Shown: positions 1 to 13,145 of the stretch, piece by piece
How positions within the stretch are numbered: the first letter of the stretch is position 1
How the letters are laid out: every line of letters begins with the position of its first letter
Assembly: GCF_009914755.1 (NCBI RefSeq)
Contig: NC_060931.1
DNA: 64,000 nucleotides
From: the human T2T-CHM13v2.0 reference genome, Homo sapiens
Reading direction: 5' to 3' (one strand)
Translations under genes and position numbers: made by a program
The notes under the pieces: generated by a model
Told to the model about the DNA's origin: nothing
Databases searched by the model: none
What the model saw: only the letters and a program-made list of their open reading frames with translations

Positions 1-3000
1 CTCTCCAGGGGTGCTCACTTATGTGTACATGCACTATGTATACATGTCCTATGTGTATGTATGAGAGTGTGTGCATTTTGTTATGCATTTTAATAAAATA
101 TAGTCATATATATTATTATAGATGTGTATATACATAAATACATATGGAGGAAATGGACAATGGTATGTTGTAATGTTCAGAAATGAACAAGGTGATGTAA
201 ACACTGTCCCTAAATCTTGTTTCACAGTAGAGTTTCCAGTAGATGACAAGTACGGTAGCCACCACAAAGGGCTGTGAGAGAGAGGGTGCATCTCTCCAAA
301 ACAAGTATTCCCCACAACACAGTGACAGTAGGCTAAAACATTTCGAATATTTTCCCTGCCTGCTTAGAGAAAGCATAGGGCTCAGGCTGTCATTCCATGT
401 TATAGTAACAGTTCTCGTTTAAATTCATTAATAAACAAGCACTCTTCTAAACTTAGCTAATGTGCTCTTACTCCTGAAAGATAAAGAAATCCAGTTTTGG
501 GATGCTGACAAAGTGAGTCTTCTGAGCCTATTAGAGTAAAAACAGCTTACCCTAGTGTAAGGCAACTATAACTGTAAGATCATGAATGTTCTCGAGAGAC
601 CACTTAAGGACAGACACAGGCTATTCTGGGCATATTTTAATGTCCTTTTTGGCCTTTCTATTTTAAAACATTTCATCTTTCTTGTGTGTGGCTCCTATCA
701 TTGCTTTCCTAAGTTTAAGTTGGTATATTCAACTGTTCATTCCTGAACTCTATCCCAGGAACTTTTTTCTCCCACTCTTAACAGAAGTCAAGAGACATAG
801 GTCAATTTTCTGTAATTTAGTAAGTAATTCAGTAGCACTCAATACTCAGTATCATCATTTATACATTATAACCATTATAACATTTATTCTGCACATCTAA
901 GTTTGCTTTGAATGACAGAATTAATACTAAGAGACCTTGTCTCCCTTGAAAATTGATGGGAAGGAAGCTTTAGCCAGATAAATACTTTTTTAAAAAAAAA
1001 TGTCATCAAGTGAGAGAGCCTGAACCACAATCCCAATGGGATCAGAACACTTGAGTCAATTAGCCAAGACTCCACCTACCTGTGCACTAGTGATGGCCCA
1101 GCCAATGGAAACCCACTACTTAACATCCTGGCAAAGCTCCCTGTCTATGGGCACTGCTTAACTGGGCCATATCCTCACTTCCTCTCTGTCTCCCCTTTCT
1201 TTTTATGCTTTCTTTGCTGACCAAGCCCCTGTTCACATTCTTTCCTATATTTGTTAATATATTCCATCACATTATTAAAATCTAACTGATCGTACCGTCC
1301 AGGGACACATCGTGTCCCTCGAAGACTTGACTCTATTCTAACCCGTTATTGTTAAAATTAACTTTCAAAGGGCAATTAGCATTTGTAATTTCATGAGGAA
1401 TAGTCAAATAGCCTGAAAGTAATATCAACAGGCTCTCTCTATTTAGAGGGGCCTCACTGAGAAAAGGTAAAGAATTTCCCGTTTTAACCCATGATGGTGT
1501 TTGTAACCTAGAATGCCATTTTTACAGCATTCAAAATGGCCAGTTTCAAGGTGGCTGACGTGGTTTCGGTGATTCATATTATCAAAAAATGTCTGTCTTA
1601 CTAGATTTTTTTAACCAGAAGTTGATGTAGTTTTAAATTTTTTAAACTGCCATTTACTATGAATTTTAGGTAGGTGCACAAATAACCTACAGCTTTGAAC
1701 TTTCTGAAGTAATATTTTCATACTTTTTACTTCAAATGTAGAATAATTTTTTACTGGTTAAATTATTTTGACAGCTTAAACCCAATGAAAGAGTATATGT
1801 GTATATATTTATGAGAACATTGAAATACTGTTTGAGAGTAATTATTTATAACAGAGACTTCTGGATTTGACAAATGTTATCATTGTCTTCAGAACTGTTT
1901 CTAGTTGTAAACAGTAAATAGATAATACTGTGGTCAGAAACTTTCCTGGAATTTAGTAGTGTTTGTATGAACTGTATACCACTGAGAACCAGAGCAGGGA
2001 GAACTTTAGTTTATTATACTTGAGTTCTGTTTTTTCTGTTTGTTTTTTGCTTGTTGGTTTGGTTTGGCTTTCATCTTGTAAATAGTAAATAATTATATTT
2101 CATCTAGCACATTTTTATGTATAGAAGATATACATTGGAGATGGAATAAAAATATAAACTGCCAATATTTTACTTATACTTTTGAAAAGATGACTTGTTA
2201 CAGATAAATTTATCAGGAAAAAAAAAGCAAACATAGACTGCAAATCCCTTTGTTTTATGTGTCTTCCTAACAGATGATGGGAGTTTAGTCTAAAGAATAG
2301 AAAGCCATACGGACAATAAAACTCATTCACAGAGATGAATCTCGAATATTTCAATAATATTGCATTTGGATTGGAAACTGTAAACAAACCTTCAGACTGC
2401 AATTCAAATTTTACTTTTATTTTTTTTCTTACTTAAACATATGTACATTATATTCCTATTTCTCAAAAATATGACTAGGAAGGTAAAAAGCAACTAACGT
2501 TATAGCCTTCTTATAAAGAAATTTGGCCCTTTATGAGTTCAACTAAATAGCTAAATGTCTACTTTTCTATTTGTAACATGTTTTTTTCACTGTTACCAGT
2601 AAAAAGTCATTTATTTATAGGCCTCTTTAGATATTTGTATTTTTCTTCAACCACAATTTAAACATTCATCTTCAAATCTTGCCTACCATTGCATTTATTT
2701 GAAATCGACACTTGTGTTTTAGTTCATTTTTAATAATCTGAACCAAGGCTTCTGAATCATTTATCCATATGGTTACATAGTCTAGGTTATCAATGCCTGT
2801 GCATATCATACTGTAAAGTGCTTTGAAGATGTGTTCATCTCTAGGTGAAGCTTGTTGGCTGATGGATTTATTAAATGATTTGTGACATAGCATATCCCTT
2901 GTTCTACCCCCAAAGTCTTCCATTGAGACAGTATGCTTCCTCCAGAGGAGGAGCCGGTAGTCTCTGGCTATATTCTGGAAACATAGGAAAAGAGGAATTT

Positions 3001-3145
3001 CCCTTTTTTCTTTTGAGGGGCCCTTTTCCTGGTGTTGCCTTAAAATATTTTTGTCACGTCATTTTCCTCAGTAGCAGTGAGCGTTACTGGGTCAGAGTGT
3101 TACTATACACTCAGTAATTTCACACATATTTACTCAGTTCATCCT

Positions 3146-3498
3146 TGATATGATTTGGCTCTGTGTCCCCACCCAAATCTCATCTCAAATTATAATCCCC
3201 ACAGGTTGAGGGAAGGACCTGGTGAAAGGTGATTGGATCATGGGGGCAGTTTCCCCGATGTTGTTCTCATGATAGTGAGTTCTCATGAGATCTGATGGTT
3301 TTATCAGTGGTGGTTTTCCTTCTTGCTCTCTCTCACCTGCCACCATGTAAGACGTGTCTGCTTCCCCTTCCACCATGATTATAAGTTTCCTGAGGCCTCC
3401 TCAGCCATGTGGAACTGTAAGTCAATTAAACCTCTTTCCTTTACAAATTACCCAGTCTCTGGCAGTTCTTCATGGCTGTATGAGAATGAACTAATACA
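3146..3498 (+). mobile_element. THE1 solo LTR (ERVL-MaLR, THE1C/D-like)
   Basis: tgatatgatttggctctgtgtcccc...actaataca with perfect 5-bp TSD ATCCT (3141-3145 and 3499-3503). Confidence 0.93.
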
Positions 3499-4469
3499 AT
3501 CCTCATGATGATATTATGAAATAGATACTATTATTTTCTCTATTTAAGAGATGATGACAAACTGTGAGTCACAATTTTTAAGTAACTCAGTAACACAACT
3601 GGTGTGATTTGTGTTACTGCAAATTACTGTCTGTTTTACAGTAACATTGGTAATTATGCCATTTTCACCCCGACACAATTTCAAACACACCCTTCCCCAC
3701 CAAAAACTGAATCCAATTGAGATTCCCAGTTGCAGATTCTCTGATAATTACTCTTGCAATCTTTTAGGGAGGAACAGAAGGTTACATGGCTGCCTTGAGT
3801 GGTGTAGGGGGCCCCAGCCAATCTCCAAGTTTTATCTTCTATACCTTACATTCTGCCGCTTTTCATGATACATTCTGCCTCTTGATTTTGAGCCTTTCTG
3901 GCATTGAGTGGTGTAGCTCACCTCGCACAGATACCTCTCCCCACAAGTACTAAAGTAGTTTTTCACCATTTCCATTTTCACTTCTCATGGACTTCATTAT
4001 CTTTAAAAACTTCATTGAAATCTCTCACCCAACAGTTGTACTCATATTTCGTTGACGTTTCAGCCTTTATACTTTTTAAAAATCAGTTCACTCTTACTTT
4101 GGTGAGTTTTCAGAGGCAGAGGAAGCAGAACTATAATCAACTAATCAAGCCCCTTTGAGCCAGCAGTTCTTCCAGGTTTGTGATTCACAGATACCCTGGA
4201 AGAATTGATGAAGGCTTCTATCATCTCCCCTAGAAATGTGAAGACACAAGATATTCTGTATGACATTGGGGCTGAGGATAGCTTTTGTGGTTGGGAAGAA
4301 GTATGATAATGTGTGGAGTTTTCCCACATATATTTAGGAACTTTACTCTTTTATTAAAAAACAAATTAAAAGTTGCATCTGTTAAATTTTCTCTTACAAA
4401 AACATTTATGGATTCATCATTAAACATACATGTTTTGGAAGCTTAGTATTTATCACGTTTGTATGATAA

Positions 4470-4685
4470 CTCGGTAGTGAGAGCACAGAGGGCAGTCCCA
4501 GTGTTCAGAGAGTTTATGGCAGATAGTCAAAGGAGAGAAATGAGGAACAAGGAAGTATAACTGTGTGACAGGAGACTATCATACAACTTATGCCCTGGGT
4601 GCTACTGAAGCACTGAGGGGAGGGACCTAGCATTTGGAGTAAGAAACAGTCATCAGGGAAGGTTTCATCGAGGAAGCAGGGTTCA
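4470..4685 (-). mobile_element. L2 3' fragment
   Basis: Degenerate L2 antisense motifs (cccagtgttcagagagtttat, atcagggaaggtttcatcgaggaag). Confidence 0.55.
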
Positions 4686-4859
4686 TATGTTTTGAAAATG
4701 TTATCTATTTGAACACTCTGTTATCAGGTACAGACATATTTAGAATTTTTCTAACTTGTAGTGAATTTTACCTTTTTTCATTGTATACTAACCTTCCTTA
4801 TCTCTCAGAGCGCCTTTTTCCTTGTGTTGTCTTAAAATATTTTTTGACACCTCATTTTT

Positions 4860-5095
4860 CTCAGTATCAGTGAGTTCTCTGTGCTTCAGAGTGTTATTCT
4901 ATGCTCAATAATTTCACGTGTATTTACTCAGTTCATCCTCATAATAATACTATGAGATACAAACCATTATTTCCTCTATTTTAGAGGTAAGAAAAAACAT
5001 GATGCACAATAACTTAATAACACAACTGGGGCAATAAATAGGATCAAATTCAGACACCAGCACCTTGAAGCCTGAACCTCTCCACACAGTAACAC
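4860..5095 (-). mobile_element. MIR
   Basis: MIR core, antisense: atcctcataataatactatgagatacaaaccattatttcctctattttagaggtaagaaa. Confidence 0.7.
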
Positions 5096-6274
5096 TACTG
5101 TATATTACAAATGATCTCAATACGTTTATACTATAGCACTAAGATTGGTATATGATTGTAACCATACTAATTTTCTTTTTCTTAAAAAAGTTGTATTTGC
5201 CTTAGTTACCTTTCTCAATTCTTTTACTTTCAAATTTTCTTAGTTCCTGTGTGTTAGACATGCTTCTCAGAAATAGTATTTTGCTAGATTTAAGAAAAAA
5301 TCAATAGTTCTGTCTTTTCAGTATAGTATTTCTTAATATATTTCTACCATCTTATTTTGCTTTTTCTTTTTGATTTTCCTTTATTCCTTCTTCTCCCCCC
5401 CCTTTTGGTTGATCAAATATTTTTAAAATATCGATTTCCCCTACAATTGCTTTGAAATGTATGTATGTCATATCTAGTATTTTAGGGATTATCCTTATTT
5501 TTTTTCAAAAATACTTATTAAATTCCAACATAGCTTAAGATCTTGATCTTTCTCCTGAACATAATCCTAATCACAGTATTTGAAACTTACTTCTAATCAC
5601 ACCCTATCATGCTATAGTCTACTTTTTGTCCTGAGTTTTAGTTCTCTTTTTTAACTTTAATATTAGTCATTATCACTTTTATAATTTTAGTTTATGTAGT
5701 CAATATAGTTTTAGATTTTACCACATTTGCATATTTCTTCTGTTATTATGTCATCTTGTATTTCTCTCTTTTCTGGACATAGTTCCATTCTTTGACACAC
5801 ATCCTTTAGTTTAGATGGCTTTTAATGGGAATGTGTTGGTACTAAGGTGCTTCTATTTTTACATTTTTAATTTAAAATTTTTTCATTTTTTGTTTTTCTG
5901 AAAATATCTTAATTTTACCATCTTCCCTGTTTATTTAGCTTGGTATACAAGTCTATGTTGAAAGTTTAGTTTCTCTCAGTACTTTGAGTATATTATCCTA
6001 CTAAATTCTACCTTTTGTTTTCACTTTTCTTAAGAAGCTTCCTGACTGTTTTAAAATTGTTCCTTAGGGATACTCTCTCTTTTCTCCCTTGCTACTTTTA
6101 TGTTCCGTGGTAATGTGCTGTTATAGCATGCTGTGTTTAGTGCTAGATTACCTTTATAAAAATTTTTAATTGGGATGTATTGTCCTTTCTGAATCTGAAT
6201 TTTTAAATGTTCTGGAAAATTCTTAGATGTTACGTATTTTAATTGATTCTCCATCATTCTCCCTTTTCTCTCCT

Positions 6275-6379
6275 CTGAAATTCTATTAATATTGTTCCAA
6301 AAGTAATTACAGTTTTTGTCATTACTTTTAATGGCAAAAACCACTATTACTTTTGCACCAACCTAATACGTTAGAACTC
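6275..6379 (-). ncRNA. MIR548F4: pre-miRNA hairpin hsa-mir-548f-4; mature miR-548f-3p AAAAACUGUAAUUACUUUU at 6299-6317 on the minus strand
   Basis: Reverse complement GAGUUCUAACGUAUUAGGUUGGUGCAAAAGUAAUAGUGG...AAAAACUGUAAUUACUUUUGGAACAAUAUUAAUAGAAUUUCAG (105 nt) forms a long stem and matches the remembered miRBase entry located in CNTNAP2. Confidence 0.85.
6286..6366. mobile_element. MADE1 (Hsmar1 mariner-derived MITE)
   Basis: About 80-bp palindrome ending ...ttacttttgcaccaacctaa, flanked by TA on both sides. Confidence 0.93.
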
Positions 6380-6523
6380 ATTTTTATACTGTATATTGTA
6401 GAATTTATATTTAATGTTTCTAAGTTTTTTTAAATTTCTGAATGACATTGTCGATATTCAATCTATCTTTCAGTTTACAAATTCACTCTGTAGCTTTGTC
6501 TCATCTGCTTAATGCAACTAATG

Positions 6524-7028
6524 AGAGGTTTTTTTCTTTAAAAAAATTTAACTTATATTGGTATATAATAGGTCTATATATTTATGGGCTACATAAGAAT
6601 GTCTAATAATTATATCAGGGTAAATGGGGTATCCATCACCTAAAGAATTCATCGTATACACAACAGAGTACTATTCAGCCATATAAAAGAATGAGATCTT
6701 GTCATTTGCAACTACATAGATAGAACTGAAGGACATTATGTTAAGTGAAGTAAACCAGGCACAGAAAGACAAACTATGTGCGTTCTCACTCATTTGTGGG
6801 AGCTAAAAATTAAAATAACTGAACTCCTGGAGATAGTTGAATGATGGTTATCAAAGGCTGGGAAGGATAGTGGGTAAGGTGGGAAATGGTGACAGTTAAC
6901 GGTTACAAAAATACAGTTGGATAGAATGTGTAAGATTTAATGTTTGATAGTACAACAAGGTAACTAAAGCCAACAATATTTTATTTTACATTTAAAAATA
7001 ACTGAAAGAGTCCAGTTAGAATGTTCAT
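6524..7028 (-). mobile_element. L1MA (L1MA2/3-like) 3' end with 5' inversion
   Basis: About 6529-6654 is the antisense 3' terminus with T-tract; about 6655-7028 is the upstream 3' region in sense orientation; flanked by AACTAATG repeats (6516-6523 and 7029-7036). Confidence 0.8.
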
Positions 7029-7124
7029 AACTAATGCGTTTTTAATTCCAATAATATATTTTTAATTCCTGGAGTATCCATTTATTTCCTTATCAACAAT
7101 GACTGGTAATTTTTAAGTATTATT

Positions 7125-7491
7125 TGATATGGTTTGGCTGTGTTCCCACCCAAATCTCATCTTGAATTGTAGTTCCCATAATCCCTACATGTCGTGGGAG
7201 GGACCCAGTGAGAGATAATTGAATCATGGCAGCAGTTCCCCCCATGCTATTCTCACAATAGTGAGTGAGTTCTCACGACATCTGATGGTTATAAGGGACT
7301 TTCCCTCACCTTTGCTCTGTACTTCTTGCTGCCTCCATGTGAAGAAGGGTGTGTTTGCTTCCCCTTCCACCATGATTATAAGTTTCCTGAGGCCTCCCCA
7401 GCACTGCAGAACAGTGAGTCAAACCTCTTTCCTTTATAAATTACCAGTCTTGCCTATGTCTGTATTAGCAGTATGAGAACAGCCTATTACA
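7125..7491 (+). mobile_element. THE1B-like solo LTR
   Basis: tgatatggtttggctgtgttcccacccaaatctcatcttgaattgtagttccc...ctattaca. Confidence 0.92.
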
Positions 7492-9369
7492 GTATATCTT
7501 ATTCTTTTCTTGTATATTTAATTCTCATTTTACTTCAAATAATTTATGAATGTTTTATTTCTCAATCCCCAAATTTAGCTGAAATTGAATTCATGGGGGC
7601 CAAATATTCCATGCGGTGTTTCTGCTGAATTCTGTTCATTATACTTGTTTTCTTGAGTTTTATATTTTTGGATTGTGAGTTTAAATTTTTCAGGGCTTTG
7701 TCATTAGTAATCCTATAATTCCAGAGTGAATCCAGAGAGGGGTTACACTTTATTTCAAAAGATACCAGCTTGGAACCATTTTTTCTATTTTAAGTTCTTG
7801 ATTTGGGGGTTATATCCAATAGTCAGTGTAAATTCAAAAGCTGTAATTTAATTCAGCAAGTTTATGGCTTATGCATTCTCAAGAATCATCATTTTTTTTG
7901 GAAAAAGATAAAATACAGACAAATTTCCTTGTCATCCCTCTTTGCTGACTAGTTAATTTTTCTCCAGTGTCTGCTTTACTGTGAATTTAGCATTTTTAGG
8001 TTTTATGTGGTGGGGCTAGGGGCGTGAGGGAGTTCCTATTCTTTGCACAGGTCTATTACTTGATTTCTAATTCTGTTTGGCCTTGAAATCCAAAATTCTG
8101 CATTGTAAAGATTAGTAAATACCCTCTGACTACTATAGCCCACCATCAGCTAACACCCTGAATTTCAGTGTTCTCTTTTTTTCTTGATACCCAAAAGCTT
8201 CTCCTATTTTACTGGATGCTCAGATATATAACTTAAAAGATGTGTGTTACATTTTATTTAGCATTTCTAGGTGTTTGAAACTGGAAAATTTTCAGGCTCC
8301 CATGTTGCCTCGTCCTAGGAAATGTAATCCTTAGAGATTATTGTTTCTGTTTCCTATTATGTGATGTGACATTACAGAATGTTAAGTATTTTAAATAAAT
8401 TATCTTATATCAGAAAATTTATGTTATAAACTTTTGGGGTGCAGTTAATATTTTAGAAATGTTTTCAGATACAAAAAGCCATGTTTTAAAATATCTCAGA
8501 ATAGACATTATAATCTTGAAAAAAAAACCCTGATTTTTATTGAAGGGTTTTGTTATGAATGAAATTTGGAGGTGCTCTTGTAGCATTCTGCATTTACATT
8601 CTAGCATCACGCTTCATCAATAAACATGAAGACATTTGTATAACATGTAAAACCATCTTATTTATACCAAGTGCAGAAAATTGAAAAGCTTCTAAAGATT
8701 ATATCAAGAGGAATAATAATAATACAAACAATAACAAACACCATAACAACAAAGAAAAGAAGAAGCAGGAGGAAGAATGGCAGTCACAGGCTCCTATTTT
8801 AGGCCAAGCACACTCCTAAGCATCAAAGCCAAAAAAAAGGCAGAAAAATGTTAAGGTGACAAAGGCAAGAGCCCACGCTACACAAAGCATTTCTTGGCTC
8901 GCCAATTTCAAAGCAACTCCTGAGATAGAGCCTCACAATCTGGCTTTGCTATTGATTTGAAGTTAATATCAAATTAACAGAATACCAAAATATATAGTCA
9001 TATATAGAAGCATTCCAAAGCTAAATAAAACTGTGTTTGATTTCCTACTAGTTGGGATTGTCCCTATCATCTTAATGCAGATAATTGTGAGTCTAGTTTA
9101 TATCCATATTTTACTTTTCCATATGCAATGATACTAATTTTTTTAATAGCAGAGCCATCCCCCATATGAAAGTATTTGGAAAATATATAGACTTTCAAAA
9201 TGACAATATAGACGAGACTAAGAAATTATTTTCTGGGTTTTTTTTTGTTTTTTAAATAGAGTGAAAAACGAATCTCTCAAATACAAAATATTTTTAAACG
9301 TGAGAAACTTGCACGCTACTCCCTCAAAGCTGTCTAATTCAAGCAAACACTAAATGACACTGGCAGAGC

Positions 9370-9585
9370 TGATTGAGCAGCTGCTGGGTGTCAGTCACTG
9401 TACTAGGGGCTTTTAATACAGTGTTTTATTTAACAGTTTACAAAAACCATAGGAATTGGGTATTATTAATTCCTGCCTTACAAATGAAAACACTGGCGTT
9501 AAGACAGGATGAGTGAGTTAGTCAGGGTCACACAAATACATCTTAAACCAGTTCTGGCTATTCTGCAGCCCAAGCTTCCAACCAC
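9370..9585 (-). mobile_element. MIR
   Basis: ttgagc...actgtactagg...ttacaaatgaaaacactg...agggtcacac antisense MIR core. Confidence 0.65.
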
Positions 9586-10484
9586 CGGCATTGTATTTTT
9601 CAGAATATTGTATAATTTCATAGTAATTAAGCAAATGTTTACACTTATAAGAAAAAATCAGTAAGACAATATTATTTTATGTTATGACTGTATCTGCCGA
9701 TGTTTTAGATATACTAGCAGTTTGTGGATATAAGGAATTAAAGTTATCTGATGTAAAAATTATTTATTTTATATTTGCATTTTCTCTATTTATCAATACA
9801 CAACTAGGTCATGAAAAAGACTATGTAAAAAATATATGAAAGTGTCAAATTATTCAGTTTGTTCATCCTTTTATTGTGGCCCCTAGGCAACGATGGCTTT
9901 TTAAATCATTTTGTATAATTTGATTTGCAAATTGCTAAGTATCCTAGTTTGTCAACATACTAGTCTGCTTCTCTAATTTCTTTTCAATTTTACGTTCTTG
10001 TAAATCTCTTTACGCTTATTAAAAGATACTCAAAAATATCACTATCTTTTAATGTTAAACCAACTTTAGTATAAACATATTTTATATATAATGAGTATTA
10101 TATGAAAATAAGATGGGAAACCCACAAATACTATTAAAAAACAGTTGCTACAACTAACACAATATAGTTATTATAAATATCCATGTATAAAAATAACATT
10201 CTAAACCTTAAATATTATGAAATATTCTAGCTAAAGTATAATTTAAAATAATATGGCTACTCTAAATGGTCCAATAAATTATACCAAATTAATTTTCATT
10301 AAATCAATTAATCTAATAAACATCACTTTTAAAAATAAGTATTTTCTTGTTTATATATGGCATAATAATTTGTAAATCACTACAAACATATTTTGCATTT
10401 GGAAAACCAGATCATTAGAGGGAAAAAAAAGATCCTGGGCATTTTCAAAATTCCTGAGTTTGTTTTATTAAATAAATAAAAGGC

Positions 10485-11150
10485 TCTTGAACAGGAGCAT
10501 AACAGGATCAGATTAATATTTTTGATAGAGACACCTCAAACTTCAAGCCAGAAACAAATTGGAAGTGGACAGTAGAAAATCTGTGGTAGTCTGGGCTCAG
10601 GTGGGAACGAAGAGAAAGAGGGCTATTCAACAGGTAGAATTAATATGATATGATTGTGCATTTTGCAGAGTGAGGATGGAAGTGCCAGGATCAACTCTTG
10701 ATTGATTAATATGCACAAACTTATTGATAAACTGAAGCTAAGACTTTTTGAGTGACCAGTGATATAGAGACAATGACAGAATACCAGCAATATCTTGAGT
10801 TTTGAACATGAGTGCAATATTAAAATGGAGGAGTCAAACTAAACTTTGGATATATTAGTGTTGAGTTCAGAGGAGAGAGCTGAGACAGAGATATGATTAG
10901 AGACATCCTCCCATAGTTGGTAGTTGAAGCAATGGCTTTGGATAAGGTCTTTATTAAGGAGAATCTGCCAAGAAAACAGAAGTAGCCTAGGACAAGCTTT
11001 AGGAACTCTCTCACTTACAGACGAGGTAAGAGACAAGAAGTCAGTACAGGAGGTTGAAATGTGATTGTCAGAAAAGTAGAAGGAAAACCTCGAATGATGT
11101 AGTACATTGTCAGCCAAAGAAAGATAAATTATCAAGAAGAGAGTGGCACC
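10485..11150 (-). mobile_element. L2 fragment
   Basis: Antisense L2 motifs: ttggatatattagtgttgagttcagaggagagagc, ggtagttgaagcaatggctttggataag. Confidence 0.65.
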
Positions 11151-11731
11151 TTCTCAAACTTTTTAATACTGCCAGTTTATCTACTCATATGAATGGGCAG
11201 TAACATTGTTTTTAATCCTATTATATTACTCTTTCTGTAGTTTATCTTCCTAATGAGATTATAGCATTCCTGAGGACAAAAGCAATATAGTTTAGGTGCT
11301 TAATAAATATAAACAGGATTGAAATTGCCAACACTATTTTTATCCTAGAAAAAAAGTGATACTTAATATTACATCTTCACTTCCTTTAGGTCTTGGTGTC
11401 AGTTCTCTTATCAGAAAGGTCTCTGACCGGCAGTTTAATATCTTTCCTCTCTCCTGGCTCTGTATCCGCCTTACTCAATACATTTTTCTTCATAAAAATT
11501 AATGCATTCATTCAAGTGATCATTCACCTAACAAATACAGAGCGGTCTATAAGTCTGGAAACCAATATATATTATGTTTTAAAGAAGATATTTTTATCAC
11601 TATTTTCAGACTTAATAAATACCTTGTATCTTGATCTTCTCTCTGATATCATATGGATTGTTTTAAATAAGTAAGGTGGTGATTTTTAAGGTTTGTGAAT
11701 TTTGTGTCAACAAATATTTTTAAAAAGATAC

Positions 11732-12052
11732 ATAGTGCTGCAATAAACGTACATGTGCATATGTCTTTATAGTAGGAACAGAAACCCAAACACCACACGT
11801 TCTCACTCATAAGTGGGAGTTGAACAATGAGAACACATGGACACAGGGAGGGGAACACCACGCACCGGGGCCTGTCGGGGTGGGGAGCAAGGGGAGGGGA
11901 GAGCATTAAGACAAATACCTAATACATGTGGGGCTTAAAACCTAGATGATGGATTGATTGGTGCAGCAAACCACCATGGCACATGTGTACCTATATAGCA
12001 AACCTGCATGTTCTGCACATGTATCCCAGAACTTAAAGTAAAAAAATAAAAA
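11732..12052 (+). mobile_element. L1PA (PA7/8-like) 3' end with short 5' inversion
   Basis: 11776-12052 is a canonical L1PA 3'UTR with A-tail; 11732-11775 (atagtgctgcaataaacgtacatgtgcatatgtctttatagtag) is L1 sequence in the opposite orientation. Confidence 0.88.
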
Positions 12053-13145
12053 TCGTTTATGAATCATTGATTCATAAAATGAATATACTAGAAAAAGAAA
12101 ATACCATATTCAGAAGTGCATACACACAAACACAGCCCCCCCAACACACACATATGTAACTAAATAAACCAATGCAGATAATTATAAATTGTGACAAATT
12201 CTGTAAGAAGAAATTAGTAGTTGAAGATCTAAAATGAAAAAAATTTATAGAAAAATTTTAAATTGACTGGTCTGGGAGGGCCTCTTGGAAGGTGACATTT
12301 GAACTGACCTGAATCATATGGATAACTCAGCCATGAAAAGTACAAGTGAGAAAAATAGGAAGAAAGGGTTTGGTTTTCCTGAGATGCATAGAGAAGAGTA
12401 TGGCTGAAACATGGTGACCAAGGATAGACATCTTAAGTATTCACTCTGAAAACTAGCAAAGTAGCCACACAATAACATGGCAGAACTATTGCTAAATATG
12501 ATAGATTTCCTTGAAGAGTAAAGTATATATTACAGAAAAAGTGAAACTCATGTATAATTTTCTTACACATATTTAATGGTTTAATTCATATTGTTTTAAT
12601 TTGTAAATTTCAGAAGAGGGATGCTCTAAGTGGGTGAATGTATCCTACGATTTTTAGGGTTAGGGATCTCTCTATGCCTAAATCTGCCTAAAAGAGATGT
12701 GAATTTACCTTGCAGTGAGAGTCAGGAGTCAGAATATTCAGAGTCTTTGAAAGCCACAGAAGTCACCCTGGTTTGATCATATAGAATACATATATGAGGA
12801 TCAAGTGTAAAATGCTACTGACAGGTCTAGTAAGAGAAAGACTGAAAATGTTCTTTAGTGGCCTGAAAATTATCAGACACTATGAAGAGCAATCTCATCA
12901 ATAATCCATAGAGGTTGAATGCATAACAAGGTGGAATAAATGTAATCCAAATTAGAGCTCTTGGATGACAGAATTTTTAGCGTTAAGTGCCATTTCAGTT
13001 GGAACATAACATTTTATACAAATAGTTTTTATTTTGAAACAATTTAAAACTTACCAAAAAAATTGCAAGAAGGATAAAAAGGCCACTACTGTACCCTTCA
13101 CCCAGAGACCTCCTTCAACGTTTGTTACTTGTTTGAAAATGTCCT

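Larger units (their letters stand above)
4700..8300 (-). mobile_element. Old fragmented L1M (L1ME/MD-like) host element, interrupted by MIR, MADE1, L1MA and THE1
   Basis: T-rich antisense L1 motifs, e.g. tctgttatcaggtacagacatatttagaatt and ttctctcagtactttgagtatattatcctac; boundaries approximate. Confidence 0.6.
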
